A stretch of 64,000 nucleotides of DNA, from the NCBI GenBank assembly GCA_963664705.1, contig OY761556.1, forward strand, positions 3,584,001 to 3,648,000, read 5' to 3'. A program made the position numbers and the translations under genes. The notes beneath the pieces are model-generated. The model saw only the letters and a list, made by a program, of their open reading frames with translations. It was not told the DNA's origin and made no database searches. This document shows, piece by piece, positions 40,900 through 50,836 of this stretch. The first letter of the stretch is position 1; the number at the start of each line of letters is the position of its first letter. The DNA is from Acidobacteriota bacterium (lineage in GTDB: Bacteria > Acidobacteriota > UBA6911).

Positions 40900-41157
40900 A
40901 TGACGTACATCATCACAGAACCGTGCATAAATGTAAAAGACGCAACCTGCATTGAGGTCTGCCCCGTGGATTGCATCCATCCCCGCAAAAATGAGGCGGA
41001 TTTTGCAAAGGTTGCCCAGCTGTACATCGATCCTGACGAGTGCATTGATTGCGGCGCATGCAAGCCGGTTTGCCCGGTAAAAGCCATTTTCCCGGAGCAT
41101 CAAGTCCCGGAAAAGTGGCACAGTTACATCGACATCAATTACGATTATTTTAAATAG
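40900..41157 (+). CDS. Dicluster ferredoxin (FdxA type)
   Basis: C..VKD..C.EVCPVDCI and CIDCGACKPVCP. Confidence 0.95.
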   Translation: MTYIITEPCINVKDATCIEVCPVDCIHPRKNEADFAKVAQLYIDPDECIDCGACKPVCPVKAIFPEHQVPEKWHSYIDINYDYFK

Positions 41158-41195
41158 ATAACTTTCATCATATTCGGAATCATCACTGGAAAAAT

Positions 41196-42377
41196 ATGTT
41201 TTCGAGAATCGCGTCGAAGCTTCACGGTGAATCAAATGTCCTTTACAAGGTCCGCAGCGAATTGCAGGATCAAGGGGACGAAATCAAGGACCTTATATCC
41301 GGAAATATCAATGATCAGGGTTTCCTGTTTCCGCAGGATATTCTAGAGGAAATACTCGTGCAGGGCTCCCGGCGCTGCCAGGTATACCGACCGGATTCAT
41401 TTGGCCAGTCCCCCGCGCGTGAAGCCATCTCCCAGTACTACAGGAACGCCGGGCACGACATCAGCACGGAGCGCATCCTCATTACACCGGGAACCAGCCT
41501 ATCCTATTGGTACTGTTTCAAGCTTCTTGCCGATGAAGGAGATGAGTTTCTCTGCCCATGCCCATCGTATCCCCTCTTCGACTATATCGCCTTAATGAGT
41601 GGCGTAAAGCTTGTTCCCTACCGGCTGAAGGAATCGCAGAACTGGAATCTCGATATCGATGAAATCGAGTCATGCATTTCTACGCGGACACGAGCCATCG
41701 TTCTGATTTCACCGCATAATCCAACCGGACACGTCGCTTCCTACGATGAGCTGGCAGCTTTAGCAGAGGTAGCGCGCCGGCACGATCTTGCCATCATCAG
41801 CGATGAGGTGTTCAGCGACTTCCTGATAGGAGACCAGCCGCTGCCGCGCCCGATCGATTGTGCCGCCCCGCTCACCTTTACGCTCAACGGCTTTTCGAAA
41901 ATGTTTGCTTTGCCGGGGATCAAATTCGGATGGATGGCGGTTTCGGGAGATCCGGATAAAGTCCGGCAGGCCTTGCGCGCTCTGGAACTGATTTCCGATA
42001 CATTCCTGCCGGTAAATGAGATTGTTCAAGCCTCCGCCCCGGCAATATTCGAATACGGCAAAGATATCCGAACCCATTTTGCGCGACGGATCCGAGAGTG
42101 CTGGGATACCGCAGAGTCGTTCCTGGTCCAATCCCGAGATTGCAGCTATACCAAGCCTGAAGGGGGCTTTTACGTCACCCTCAATATTCGGGGGCTGGAA
42201 GAAGAAACCGCTGCAGAGCAGATTCTGCGGCGAGACCATATTCTGCTTCACCCGGGGTACTTTTACGATATGAGCCCTAATCATCTCGTGCTGAGTTTCG
42301 TGCAGGATCCGGTATCAATCCGATCTCTATTTCCCGCAATGCTCGGCACCCTCAAACAATTGGAAAAGGGGGACTGA
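41196..42377 (+). CDS. PLP-dependent aminotransferase class I/II
   Basis: SPHNPTG, ISDEVF and GFSKMFALPG. Confidence 0.92.
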   Translation: MFSRIASKLHGESNVLYKVRSELQDQGDEIKDLISGNINDQGFLFPQDILEEILVQGSRRCQVYRPDSFGQSPAREAISQYYRNAGHDISTERILITPGTSLSYWYCFKLLADEGDEFLCPCPSYPLFDYIALMSGVKLVPYRLKESQNWNLDIDEIESCISTRTRAIVLISPHNPTGHVASYDELAALAEVARRHDLAIISDEVFSDFLIGDQPLPRPIDCAAPLTFTLNGFSKMFALPGIKFGWMAVSGDPDKVRQALRALELISDTFLPVNEIVQASAPAIFEYGKDIRTHFARRIRECWDTAESFLVQSRDCSYTKPEGGFYVTLNIRGLEEETAAEQILRRDHILLHPGYFYDMSPNHLVLSFVQDPVSIRSLFPAMLGTLKQLEKGD

Positions 42378-42378
42378 A

Positions 42379-43140
42379 ATGAAATTTGTGCGCTATCGCG
42401 AGGAAGGCAAGACTGTTTACGGAAGGGTGGAAGGAGAAAAGGTCCTGGAGATCACCGGGCTGCCATTTCCTGGAGCATCCGTCTCTGAAACAGGACGTTC
42501 AAGAGATCTGCCGGGACTGGAACTGCTGTGGCCCTGCGAACCCTCGAAAATCCTCGCGGTCGGGCTGAACTACAGAAGCCATCTCGAAGCACAGAAGCGA
42601 ACCGCGCCCACAAAGCCGGAGATTTTTGTTGTTCCGGTCTCGGCTCTTCTGAAACCGGAGGGGGAAATCAGGATCCCGGTCGACGCACAAAACGTGCAGC
42701 TTGAAGGAGAGCTGGTAATCGTTATGGGAATGGAAGCCAGGAATGTCTCCCCTGCGGAAGCCGAGAAACGCATCTTCGGCTTTACTTGCGGCAACGACGT
42801 CAGCGAGCGCTACTGGCAAAAAAACGATCTTCAATGGTGGAGAGCCAAAGGCAGCGATACCTTCGCACCCTTTGGGCCGGCAATTGTAACCGGCTTCGAC
42901 TGGAGGAATGGACGGATCGAAACCAGACTGAACGGCAAGGTCGCCCAGTCCGGTCAATTCAGCGAACTGCTGTTCGATCCCACCGTGATTGTCAGCCACA
43001 TAAGCCAGTACATAACACTGTCCCCGGGAGATGTGATTTATTCGGGCACACCCGGTGATACGCCTGGAATCAAATCAGGAGACATCATTGAAGTAGATAT
43101 CCCGGGAGTTGGAGTTCTCCGAAACCGCGTTGCGGAATGA
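42379..43140 (+). CDS. Fumarylacetoacetate hydrolase family protein
   Basis: GLNYRSH, EGEL, NDVSER, AKGSDTFAP and GDVIYSGTP. Confidence 0.95.
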   Translation: MKFVRYREEGKTVYGRVEGEKVLEITGLPFPGASVSETGRSRDLPGLELLWPCEPSKILAVGLNYRSHLEAQKRTAPTKPEIFVVPVSALLKPEGEIRIPVDAQNVQLEGELVIVMGMEARNVSPAEAEKRIFGFTCGNDVSERYWQKNDLQWWRAKGSDTFAPFGPAIVTGFDWRNGRIETRLNGKVAQSGQFSELLFDPTVIVSHISQYITLSPGDVIYSGTPGDTPGIKSGDIIEVDIPGVGVLRNRVAE

Positions 43141-43189
43141 ACTGACTGGAATAAGTCATTGCTCCTCGGCTTGGCCTGGAATGACCCCG

Positions 43190-43325
43190 AAGCGCCACGG
43201 AAGTAGCCGATTCCATGGCGCTTATAAATTGGGAACCGTGGAAGTGCGGCAGTTTGCTCTGCCGCCTTTGAAAACGATAAAAGCCGAAGAGCTTCAGCAT
43301 TGGCCGGAACGGCGGCGCTCCCTGT
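43190..43325. repeat. Degenerate REP-like palindromic repeat cluster
   Basis: TGGGAACCGTGGAAGTGCGGCAGTTTGCTCTGCCGCCTTTGAAAA matches the reverse complement of ~54891..54947. Confidence 0.6.
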
Positions 43326-43329
43326 GGTT

Positions 43330-44046
43330 TTAACCGGAGGTTCCAGTCGCCAGAGCGCCGAATTTTCGCGTTCGCGAGCGGTAGTCCATCAAAGCGCATT
43401 CCAGATCCTCGTCATCAAAATCCGGCCACAGCTTCGGGCTGAAATAAAACTCCGCATAGGCAGCCTGCCAAAGCAGGAAATTGGAAAGACGCCGCTCTCC
43501 CGCAGTCCGAATAATGAGATCCGGATCAGGAACATCCCCAAGATTCCGCGACAAATGTTCTTCGGTAATGCTCTCCGGGCTCAGCTTCTTCGCTTCAACG
43601 TCCCGCGCCAGAATCCGTACCGCCTCGGTAATTTCGTGGCGTGCTCCGTAATCGAGACCGATCCGGAGATGCAGGCGCGTGCATTCCCGAGTGACGGACT
43701 CCGTCAAGGCCAGAGCATCTCCCACACCAAGCGGTAGACGATCGCGGCGGCCGAATGCAGAAACGCGAATATCCTGCTGGAGCAGGTTCTGCCGTTCGGT
43801 AGCAAGATATCGAAGAAAAAGGCTGAAAAGGATTTGAACTTCGTTCCACGGCCGCTTCCAGTTTTCACTCGAGAATGCAAACAGCGTCAAGATCGGGATT
43901 CCCCGGCGGCAGGCAGCCTCCGAAATTCGTCGTACCGCATGGGCGCCCATTTCATGCCCCTTCCAGCGAGGCAAGCCCCTCTGTTCTGCCCAACGCCCAT
44001 TCCCATCCATGATGATTGCTACGTGTTGTATGGAATGCATAATCAT
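43330..44046 (-). CDS. uppS: cis-prenyltransferase / undecaprenyl diphosphate synthase
   Basis: IIMDGNGRWA, FSSENWKRP and IRTAGERRLSNFLLWQAAYAE. Confidence 0.95.
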   Translation of the reverse strand: MIMHSIQHVAIIMDGNGRWAEQRGLPRWKGHEMGAHAVRRISEAACRRGIPILTLFAFSSENWKRPWNEVQILFSLFLRYLATERQNLLQQDIRVSAFGRRDRLPLGVGDALALTESVTRECTRLHLRIGLDYGARHEITEAVRILARDVEAKKLSPESITEEHLSRNLGDVPDPDLIIRTAGERRLSNFLLWQAAYAEFYFSPKLWPDFDDEDLECALMDYRSRTRKFGALATGTSG

Positions 44047-44060
44047 CCATCCGTGAAGTT

Positions 44061-44075
44061 CTTTGTATTATAAAG
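44061..44075. promoter_or_regulatory. Palindromic operator, copy 2 (upstream of uppS)
   Basis: CTTTGTATTATAAAG, 14/15 identical to the core of the 45147..45165 palindrome. Confidence 0.6.
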
Positions 44076-44116
44076 CAAATGCACAAAACAATCCCAGCGG
44101 ACGCCTCCATCCTGAA

Positions 44117-44491
44117 TCAACTGTGGGATGCCAGCGGGTGCATATGAAGCCGTCCCTCGCCTGAGTGTCGCACACGATTGAGGTCAGGCAGAAGATTGGC
44201 CAGTGTCTCGAGATATCCTTCCAGCGCAACGCGGCCGGTCGGACTCAGTTGATAGGTGCTCTTGGGTTTGCGCCCTTCGAACTTCTTGTCACAGACAACA
44301 TACCCCGCGGATTCCAGCCGTCGTGCCTGAACGCTCAGATTTCCATCGGTCGTCTGCAAAATGTCCCGCAATTCGGTAAAGGTCAACGAGTCCTGTACCG
44401 CAAGGGCAGATAAAATGCCGAGGCGCAATCGTTCATGAATGATCGGATCCAGCTCATTCGGTGTGGGCCGAGGCGCGCTTTTCTTAACCAT
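44117..44491 (-). CDS. Winged-helix transcriptional regulator (MarR/ArsR-like)
   Basis: LDPIIHERLRLGILSAL...TFTELRDILQTTDGNLSVQARRLE..GYV...F.GRKP. Confidence 0.9.
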   Translation of the reverse strand: MVKKSAPRPTPNELDPIIHERLRLGILSALAVQDSLTFTELRDILQTTDGNLSVQARRLESAGYVVCDKKFEGRKPKSTYQLSPTGRVALEGYLETLANLLPDLNRVRHSGEGRLHMHPLASHS

Positions 44492-45092
44492 TGTACCTCC
44501 GGGCAATGTAAATGCCATAAACCACGTGCAACCAGCCGAATCCAAGCACCAGCCAGGCAAGCCCCGTTCCCTGCGGTGAGATGGCGGCCCCTGCAGCCGC
44601 AACCAAAAAACTCAGCCCCATATAGCGGACAGCAGATACCGATACCTGCCCGCCGTTTGTTACGGCAGCGCCATAGCAGCCGAGCCAGATAACCGGCAAC
44701 CAATCCAGGTTATTGGACTGAATGGCAAGGTGAGTCAGCACCCCACCTACAAAAAGCGCCGGACAGAGACTCCACAATAGCTTTCGCAAAAGCGGCGGCT
44801 GAATGGGAGTGCACATCAGCCGGCTCTTCCGGTAAATGCCCCAAGAGACAATTGCCAGTGATAGGCAGAGAACCACTCCCCAGGTAGCAAGCGCTGTCCG
44901 CGGCAGCGGTCCATGCGCCCATGGCGTTCCTGTGACGTAGGCATTGAAAGCGGCGCCGACGATGGATATACAGCCCGCCGCAATCAAGCCCTTCCCTGGA
45001 ACCGCCGTCAAGTGTCCGGCAGCCTCCAGCGTCCTTCTTATGTACAGCAGATTCTCTCGCGCAGTCTGAACATTTGGCGGATCAAGACTCAT
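44484..45092 (-). CDS. Integral membrane protein (about 6 TM) co-transcribed with the regulator
   Basis: ARENLLYIRRTLE N-terminus, hydrophobic helices and GFGWLHVVYG; its stop overlaps the regulator start. Confidence 0.8.
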   Translation of the reverse strand: MSLDPPNVQTARENLLYIRRTLEAAGHLTAVPGKGLIAAGCISIVGAAFNAYVTGTPWAHGPLPRTALATWGVVLCLSLAIVSWGIYRKSRLMCTPIQPPLLRKLLWSLCPALFVGGVLTHLAIQSNNLDWLPVIWLGCYGAAVTNGGQVSVSAVRYMGLSFLVAAAGAAISPQGTGLAWLVLGFGWLHVVYGIYIARRYNG

Positions 45093-45146
45093 GGCAGGCG
45101 CCTCCAACAACCATCAGCATGTCACAGCTCATTCAATATCGTCAAG

Positions 45147-45165
45147 TACTTTATATTATAAAGTA
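45147..45165. promoter_or_regulatory. Perfect palindromic operator, copy 1
   Basis: TACTTTATA-T-TATAAAGTA upstream of the operon. Confidence 0.7.
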
Positions 45166-45236
45166 TAAAATAATTTCAACACCGAGGCCGGGCCCGATGT
45201 TGAGATTAATGGATCGGAGGTGCGGGTTGACCGCGA

Positions 45237-46634
45237 TTACTGAGCGGAAAATGAGAACGCAGCGCCAAGCTTTTTGGCCATCCTGTCGCGGATCCAGTGC
45301 CCGTCGCACCATTCATTCGGATTTACCGGAAGCCCCTGCAGAATCGTTGAGAAATGCAGATGATCGCCACCCGCCAAACCCGTTTCCCCGGTCCGGCCGA
45401 TTACATCCCCTTTGGCAACTTTCTGCCCTTCCTTTACAGCGATTGAAGAAAGGTGACCATAAATAGTCTGCAATCCATACCCATGATCAATCAGAACGGC
45501 ATTCCCGTAAATCCCGAAATACCTGGCATACAGAACCACGCCATCATTGGCAGCGGGGACCGGACACTGCTTGGTGACCGCAAGATCCAGTCCCAGGTGA
45601 TCCTGGTGATCAATAATCTTCCCCTGATACAAATAGGTTCTCCGATCCCCGAAGGCCGCCATTGGCTTGCCATTTGGAATCGTTGAAAAGGGTTTTGTCC
45701 ACAAAAAGGCAGCAGCGGATTTTTGCGCGAGAGACTTTATGATCTCTCCATCCTTCTGGCGAAGCTCCCGGTTGATAGCAATATAGTTATCCAACACATT
45801 GCCGCGATCTTTCATCTCCGGAGTCTGCGAAAGGATTTCCGGAACCACCTTATTGAGGAAAGCGTCGCCGATTTCCATATCATCGGATCGAAAAGGCTTT
45901 GGGAAGAACTTATCAATGAATCCTATTTCGGCAGAATTCCCGGCTGCATCCTCAACAACTAATTTTGCTTTCGGCTCATTCATGTCATACGGGATCGCGA
46001 ATATGGAAAATCGGTCCTGCTTGCCTCCACCGGGTAAAGCGAATCCAGGGAACCACCACGAACCTGCGCGGACACCATCCTTGACGGCTGACTCGCCCAC
46101 TCGGTAGACGACAATCTCGCAACCGCCTTGGGAAATGTAGGTTTGGATGGATGTGATTTGGATGCTCGGAGGAGTCAATCGCACGGGCAGAACGACTTCT
46201 TCGACTTGCGGTTTTGGTCTACGAAGCCAAGTCCCTGCTCTTTCGGCCGTAACACGAATAGTTGCCGTCCCACCCGTTAATTCTGACAGGGTCTGTTTGC
46301 CTGCTTCGACCTGAACAATATCTTGGGATGTCTTTGCGCCCCAAAACGCCAATTGCGATGCGAATGGATAGTTCTTATCCGCCAGGCGGGCTGATTTATC
46401 CCCTTGAATCAGATCGACCGTAACATGCGTCAAACCGCGTCGTGGCTCGGATACTTCCACCCTGACGGGCGTCCGTTTGCCGATAACTGGCATTCCGGGC
46501 ACAATCTTGATGGAAGGCGTAGTTCCCGCACGGAAGATTCCCTGCGCAAAAACCGCAAGAATAATGCATCCAACAAAAAACAAAATGATCTTAATCGGAC
46601 TTCCCGAATATCCAGCAAAACGGTCTTCAGCCAT
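45237..46634 (-). CDS. M23 family metallopeptidase with N-terminal membrane anchor
   Basis: HLGLD, YGNAVLIDHG, YGHLS and HLHF. Confidence 0.93.
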   Translation of the reverse strand: MAEDRFAGYSGSPIKIILFFVGCIILAVFAQGIFRAGTTPSIKIVPGMPVIGKRTPVRVEVSEPRRGLTHVTVDLIQGDKSARLADKNYPFASQLAFWGAKTSQDIVQVEAGKQTLSELTGGTATIRVTAERAGTWLRRPKPQVEEVVLPVRLTPPSIQITSIQTYISQGGCEIVVYRVGESAVKDGVRAGSWWFPGFALPGGGKQDRFSIFAIPYDMNEPKAKLVVEDAAGNSAEIGFIDKFFPKPFRSDDMEIGDAFLNKVVPEILSQTPEMKDRGNVLDNYIAINRELRQKDGEIIKSLAQKSAAAFLWTKPFSTIPNGKPMAAFGDRRTYLYQGKIIDHQDHLGLDLAVTKQCPVPAANDGVVLYARYFGIYGNAVLIDHGYGLQTIYGHLSSIAVKEGQKVAKGDVIGRTGETGLAGGDHLHFSTILQGLPVNPNEWCDGHWIRDRMAKKLGAAFSFSAQ

Positions 46635-46854
46635 AGGTATCCTGCCATTTGAAAGATTCCTTCGCAGTGTACCACTCCGCAAGACCGTATTGCGAAATTC
46701 ATGGCAAAAAAGCCTGTCCTGGGCTCAAACTGCCTTTTGTCTTTGCCCAATTGTATTTTTGCGGAGGATTCTTGCCCTAAGCCTACCCTTAAGGGTAAAA
46801 TCGCCCAGGCATTGCAGCGTTTCCTTACAAATCAGGCACTTAAGGAGGCTTGGG

Positions 46855-47208
46855 ATGAAAAAGCTTTATGCGGCCACTATCATAGGGATAGTGCTTCTGC
46901 TTTCCTTCGGTTGTTCGTCAACTCCTTCCGGTACCATTGCAATTAGTGAACTCAATCAAGCTGCGGCTTCCAAGCTTGGCCAGGATGTTGTTGTCATCGG
47001 AGAGGCTGAAACGAAAACACAGCTCTCCTCTTTCAAGATGTTTAAGATTTTCAAGGGAAGTGACTATATCTGGGTCACGATTCCTGATGGAGCCGAAGAG
47101 CCGCCCCAGGCGGTCAAGGTTCGCGTATCCGGCAAACTGCAGCAGAAAGAGTTCAACCTGGTAGGAAAGATTTATTATATCGAAGCAGCCAAAATCAGGA
47201 TGGAATAG
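46855..47208 (+). CDS. Small lipoprotein, possibly OB-fold
   Basis: MKK...LLLSFGC lipobox; AGGAGG RBS. Confidence 0.7.
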   Translation: MKKLYAATIIGIVLLLSFGCSSTPSGTIAISELNQAAASKLGQDVVVIGEAETKTQLSSFKMFKIFKGSDYIWVTIPDGAEEPPQAVKVRVSGKLQQKEFNLVGKIYYIEAAKIRME

Positions 47209-47226
47209 TCGACTTCACATTGAGAT

Positions 47227-47265
47227 TTGAGATTCGAGAGACGCTCTTCTACTCTCGAATCTCAA
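47227..47265. terminator. 14-bp perfect inverted repeat between convergent genes
   Basis: TTGAGATTCGAGAG / CTCTCGAATCTCAA. Confidence 0.6.
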
Positions 47266-48019
47266 GACTCGATGTCAGGCTTAGTTGTTTGGATAAAAAG
47301 CGACTAAGACAATCCTTCGCAATGGAAGAATGGGTTTTCCATTCTCGATATGTTTCCACCATTCCGGTTCCCAGCAGTTGCTTGGTTCGCGCAGGAATGC
47401 CTGCCGACGGGTCATAGGAAAATGGTGCGAGGAAACTGTCTGCCGCCTCATCGCTGATAACGCGGATACAACTTAGCGGTATTCCCTTCAACCCGGCCAC
47501 ACGAGCAAAAGCGGCCGTTTCCATATCCACGACCGCCGCGCTGAATCTTTCATGCAGAAGCTGCTTGTGCACCGGATTTCCAAGTACATGCGCCGAAGTC
47601 AGCGTATCCCCCATGCAGGCGCTCAAGCCTGCAGCCTCTGCAATCTTTATCATGGACGTGTTTGATTTCAGCGCATACTCCCCTTCAACTTCGCAGTGAT
47701 CCCAACCGGGAGAACGATCATTCAACCTCAGAGCAGTCGCTTTCACAATCCCGACAATACAGCCCAGCTTTAGCGCAGGGGCCAGCGCTCCACCATAGCC
47801 GACAACGAGAATTTGGGAAGGCTGCACAACCTGGAGCGCTTCCATCAATCTCTCCGCTGATTTTCTTGGACCGACGCCGGCCCTCATCAAAACAACCGGT
47901 TCATCCCCCAGGAGACCTTTCCAGAGCTTAACCCTGTCAAATGCCATCTTCTCGACATGGACACAAAGCGAGCGGGCCGTCTCCAGTTCTTCATCCAAAG
48001 CCGCGGCAATCATCAACAT
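47249..48019 (-). CDS. Nucleoside phosphorylase-fold protein (MTA/SAH nucleosidase or HpnG-like)
   Basis: AALDEE, AGVG, VGYGGAL, VDMETAA and IRVISD. Confidence 0.85.
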   Translation of the reverse strand: MLMIAAALDEELETARSLCVHVEKMAFDRVKLWKGLLGDEPVVLMRAGVGPRKSAERLMEALQVVQPSQILVVGYGGALAPALKLGCIVGIVKATALRLNDRSPGWDHCEVEGEYALKSNTSMIKIAEAAGLSACMGDTLTSAHVLGNPVHKQLLHERFSAAVVDMETAAFARVAGLKGIPLSCIRVISDEAADSFLAPFSYDPSAGIPARTKQLLGTGMVETYREWKTHSSIAKDCLSRFLSKQLSLTSSLEIRE

Positions 48020-48194
48020 GCCGGTAGCATAGGCTATCCTTTATCCGATTCAAACAAAATCGCAACCCGGTGCTGTTGAATCTGGCATTCTCAAAAACGG
48101 CTTGAGAGAAAGGCCGCCTGGCATCATCCAATAGAATGGAGGAATCAAAGCTTGCCGTACACCTCATCCTGAATCTAAAGGTATAATCAAACGT

Positions 48195-49127
48195 ATGAAG
48201 ATGCTGACTCTTTTATTATTGATGCTGTTGACACCGGCCGCCAGTCTTGACGACGCGATTCGCCTGTATGAAAAAGGAGATTTTCGGCAGGCGGCCTCAA
48301 CATTTTCACAACTGAAGAACAGCTCGCCGGATGACTATAAGGCTCACCTTTGGCTTGGGAAAGCCTATCTCAAAATTCGGAACTGGGATGGCGCTGTTCG
48401 GGAAATGGAGAAGGCGGTTCAATTAAAGCCATCTGCCCTGACGAACCTATGGCTTGGAAGAGCCTATGGTGCAAAAGCATCCCACTCCATCTTCTTCACA
48501 GCCGCCGGCCTGGCTCGACGCGTTCTGAAATCATTTGAGACGGCAAAAAGCATCTCCCCCGATGACATGGATGTCCGCTTCGATCTTCTTGAGTATTACC
48601 TGGAAGCCCCGGGAATGCTCGGCGGAGGCAAGGACAAGGCGAATGCCGAAGCCCAGGATATTGCCAGGCAAAACCCATTGAAGGGATATCTCGCCCGCTC
48701 GACGATCTTCAATAAAGACAAGAAATGGGATTTGGCTCAAAAAGAGCTTTCACAAGCCACGGTTGACTTCCCGAAAGATGCGGCGTCCTTCAAGGACCTG
48801 GCCGCATTCCTGCTCGATCGGCAGGATTTCAACGGAGCGCTTCAGAATGCAAAAAAGGCGCTCGCGCTCGATGCGGAGTCCAAAGGAAGTCGTCTGCTGG
48901 TTGCCGCAGCCTCGATTCGCCTGCGGACGAATCTTGATGAATCGTTGAACACTCTGAATACCCTTGTCACCGGCTTATTGACGGATGCCGACCCATCGTT
49001 TGAGGAAGTATACTATTGGTTGGGAGAGTGCTATCTCGCACAGGGAGACAAGGCAAAAGCTCGCGAAGCCTTTAAGTCAGCTCTTGCATTCAACCCCGAA
49101 TATGACAAGGCGAAAGCACGGCTTTGA
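48195..49127 (+). CDS. Secreted TPR-repeat protein
   Basis: Signal peptide, TPR motifs and APGMLGGG. Confidence 0.85.
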   Translation: MKMLTLLLLMLLTPAASLDDAIRLYEKGDFRQAASTFSQLKNSSPDDYKAHLWLGKAYLKIRNWDGAVREMEKAVQLKPSALTNLWLGRAYGAKASHSIFFTAAGLARRVLKSFETAKSISPDDMDVRFDLLEYYLEAPGMLGGGKDKANAEAQDIARQNPLKGYLARSTIFNKDKKWDLAQKELSQATVDFPKDAASFKDLAAFLLDRQDFNGALQNAKKALALDAESKGSRLLVAAASIRLRTNLDESLNTLNTLVTGLLTDADPSFEEVYYWLGECYLAQGDKAKAREAFKSALAFNPEYDKAKARL

Positions 49128-49240
49128 ACCCGGGGTCCGAATGCGGCTACAAGCCCTGTTGCGCGAAGTCTATGGGGAGCACCGCTGTCCGGGCAGCAGC
49201 AGCGCCATGGAAGCGGTTATGCCCTTGCCGGCGAGACGCC

Positions 49241-49344
49241 TGATGACGCATGATATTCGCTCAAGGAACTTGGAATCGCAATGCATATCAGGCCTGGTGT
49301 TTCACTCGCGTCGCAGGGCTCAGAACAAATAATATTCGGCATTA
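49241..49344. mobile_element. MITE-like element, copy 2, with an 11-bp target site duplication
   Basis: Homologous to 6600..6711; flanks GGCGAGACGCC (49230-49240) and GGCGAGACGGC (49345-49355). Confidence 0.75.
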
Positions 49345-49393
49345 GGCGAGACGGCGGCTTAGCAGAGTCCAATTAATCGACTGAGGCATTCGT

Positions 49394-50722
49394 ATGAATA
49401 GATATCGATCTTTGTTTGGCCTGATCAGCTTTGCGCTTTTTATTGCAGCGAGCGGGAACTGGACTGCGTTGCCTAGCGCTGAGCCTCAGAGAGAATCGAA
49501 AGTGGTCACGTTGCAGGAGGCGGTCCGCATGGCCATTTCCCGCTCTCCGGAAGTGCTCATAGCGGAAGCTCAGGCAGTTCGCACTCGCGAGGCTATCCGT
49601 GAAACACAATCTCTGAATCGGCCGCAGGTCATTACGGGCACCGGGCTCGCATACAATAATGGGATGCCGTTGAGCATGGAAGGAGCATCGCCCTCCATCT
49701 TCCAGGTCTCCGCCAGCCAGGCTATTTTCAGCAAAAAGAATGCCAACCTTATTCGCGAGGCAGAGGAATCCGGAAAGGCCGGCCGCCTGGGAGCTGAGTC
49801 CGCACGGAACGAACTGGCGGCAAGAACCGCCTTGGTTTATTACCAGTTTCACCAGTCGCAAAAGATCATTGAAATTGAGAGCCGTCGGCTTGAGCTGGTC
49901 CAGAAGGATCGGGAACAGACGGAAACACTGTCAGACGCGGGACGCGTGCTCCCGGTCGAGGTGAAGATTGCCCAGACAGCGGTTCAGTCTGCAAAACAAC
50001 AGCTCCTGATTGCTCAAGAGCAACGAAACCTCGCCGAGGCGGAGCTTCGCGAATTGACGGGACTGGCAGCCTCGTTATCAGTCAAAACGGCAGAACCGCT
50101 GCTGGAAAATTCCGCTTTTGCATCCCCGGGAGATGCGCTGTTCCGGCAAGCTCTCGCAAGCACGCCGGAAATCCTTCAATCGGAAGCCATGGTCAAAGCC
50201 AAGGAATTTCACGTTGAGGCCGAAAGAGGAGAAAGACTGCCCAAGGCCGACATCATCGGCCAATATGCATTATTCAGCCGAACCAACAATTATCAGGATT
50301 ATTTTAACGTTTTCACCCGGAACAATTTTCTCATAGGACTTTCATTGCAGGTTCCTGTTTTTGATGGATTCCGCACCAGCTCGAGAGTAGCCCAAAGCCG
50401 GCAGGAAGTATCTGAAGCGCGCTACAAACTGGAGGGACAAAAGTCAGGACTGAAACTTAGCATTGAACGAATCCTGAGCGCATTGAAAATTGCTCGAGGA
50501 GCTTCCGAACTGGCTCAAATCGATGCCGAGGCCGCCCGTGAAATGGTGCGTGTCAACGAGGCGCTTCTGGAAAGCGGCAAAATTGGGGCCCAGGCGTTGA
50601 ACGAATCCCGAGCGGCGTTCCATCAGAAGGAAATGGCGTTTTTGGATGCAGAGCAGACGGTCTTTCAGAAAAAGCTGGAACTGTTGAAGGCTATCGGCAC
50701 CGCTTCATCCGCACTTCAATAG
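49394..50722 (+). CDS. TolC-family outer membrane efflux protein
   Basis: Signal peptide, TLQEAV..A...SP, coiled coils and LQVPVFDG. Confidence 0.9.
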   Translation: MNRYRSLFGLISFALFIAASGNWTALPSAEPQRESKVVTLQEAVRMAISRSPEVLIAEAQAVRTREAIRETQSLNRPQVITGTGLAYNNGMPLSMEGASPSIFQVSASQAIFSKKNANLIREAEESGKAGRLGAESARNELAARTALVYYQFHQSQKIIEIESRRLELVQKDREQTETLSDAGRVLPVEVKIAQTAVQSAKQQLLIAQEQRNLAEAELRELTGLAASLSVKTAEPLLENSAFASPGDALFRQALASTPEILQSEAMVKAKEFHVEAERGERLPKADIIGQYALFSRTNNYQDYFNVFTRNNFLIGLSLQVPVFDGFRTSSRVAQSRQEVSEARYKLEGQKSGLKLSIERILSALKIARGASELAQIDAEAAREMVRVNEALLESGKIGAQALNESRAAFHQKEMAFLDAEQTVFQKKLELLKAIGTASSALQ

Positions 50723-50836
50723 ATTCAAATTTGCTTCTTGACCTTTGCGGCATCGGTGGCAATCAAGGCCTTATTCCGCCACTAATGCCGCAAACATAAT
50801 CCGGCTCAGAGTGTGCCCGGGAATCAGCGCAAGCTT

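Noticed and set aside
49394-50722. TolC-family protein forming a pump with the RND permease at 1..2893
   Set aside because: The genes are 46 kb apart with no adaptor gene in view, so no link can be supported
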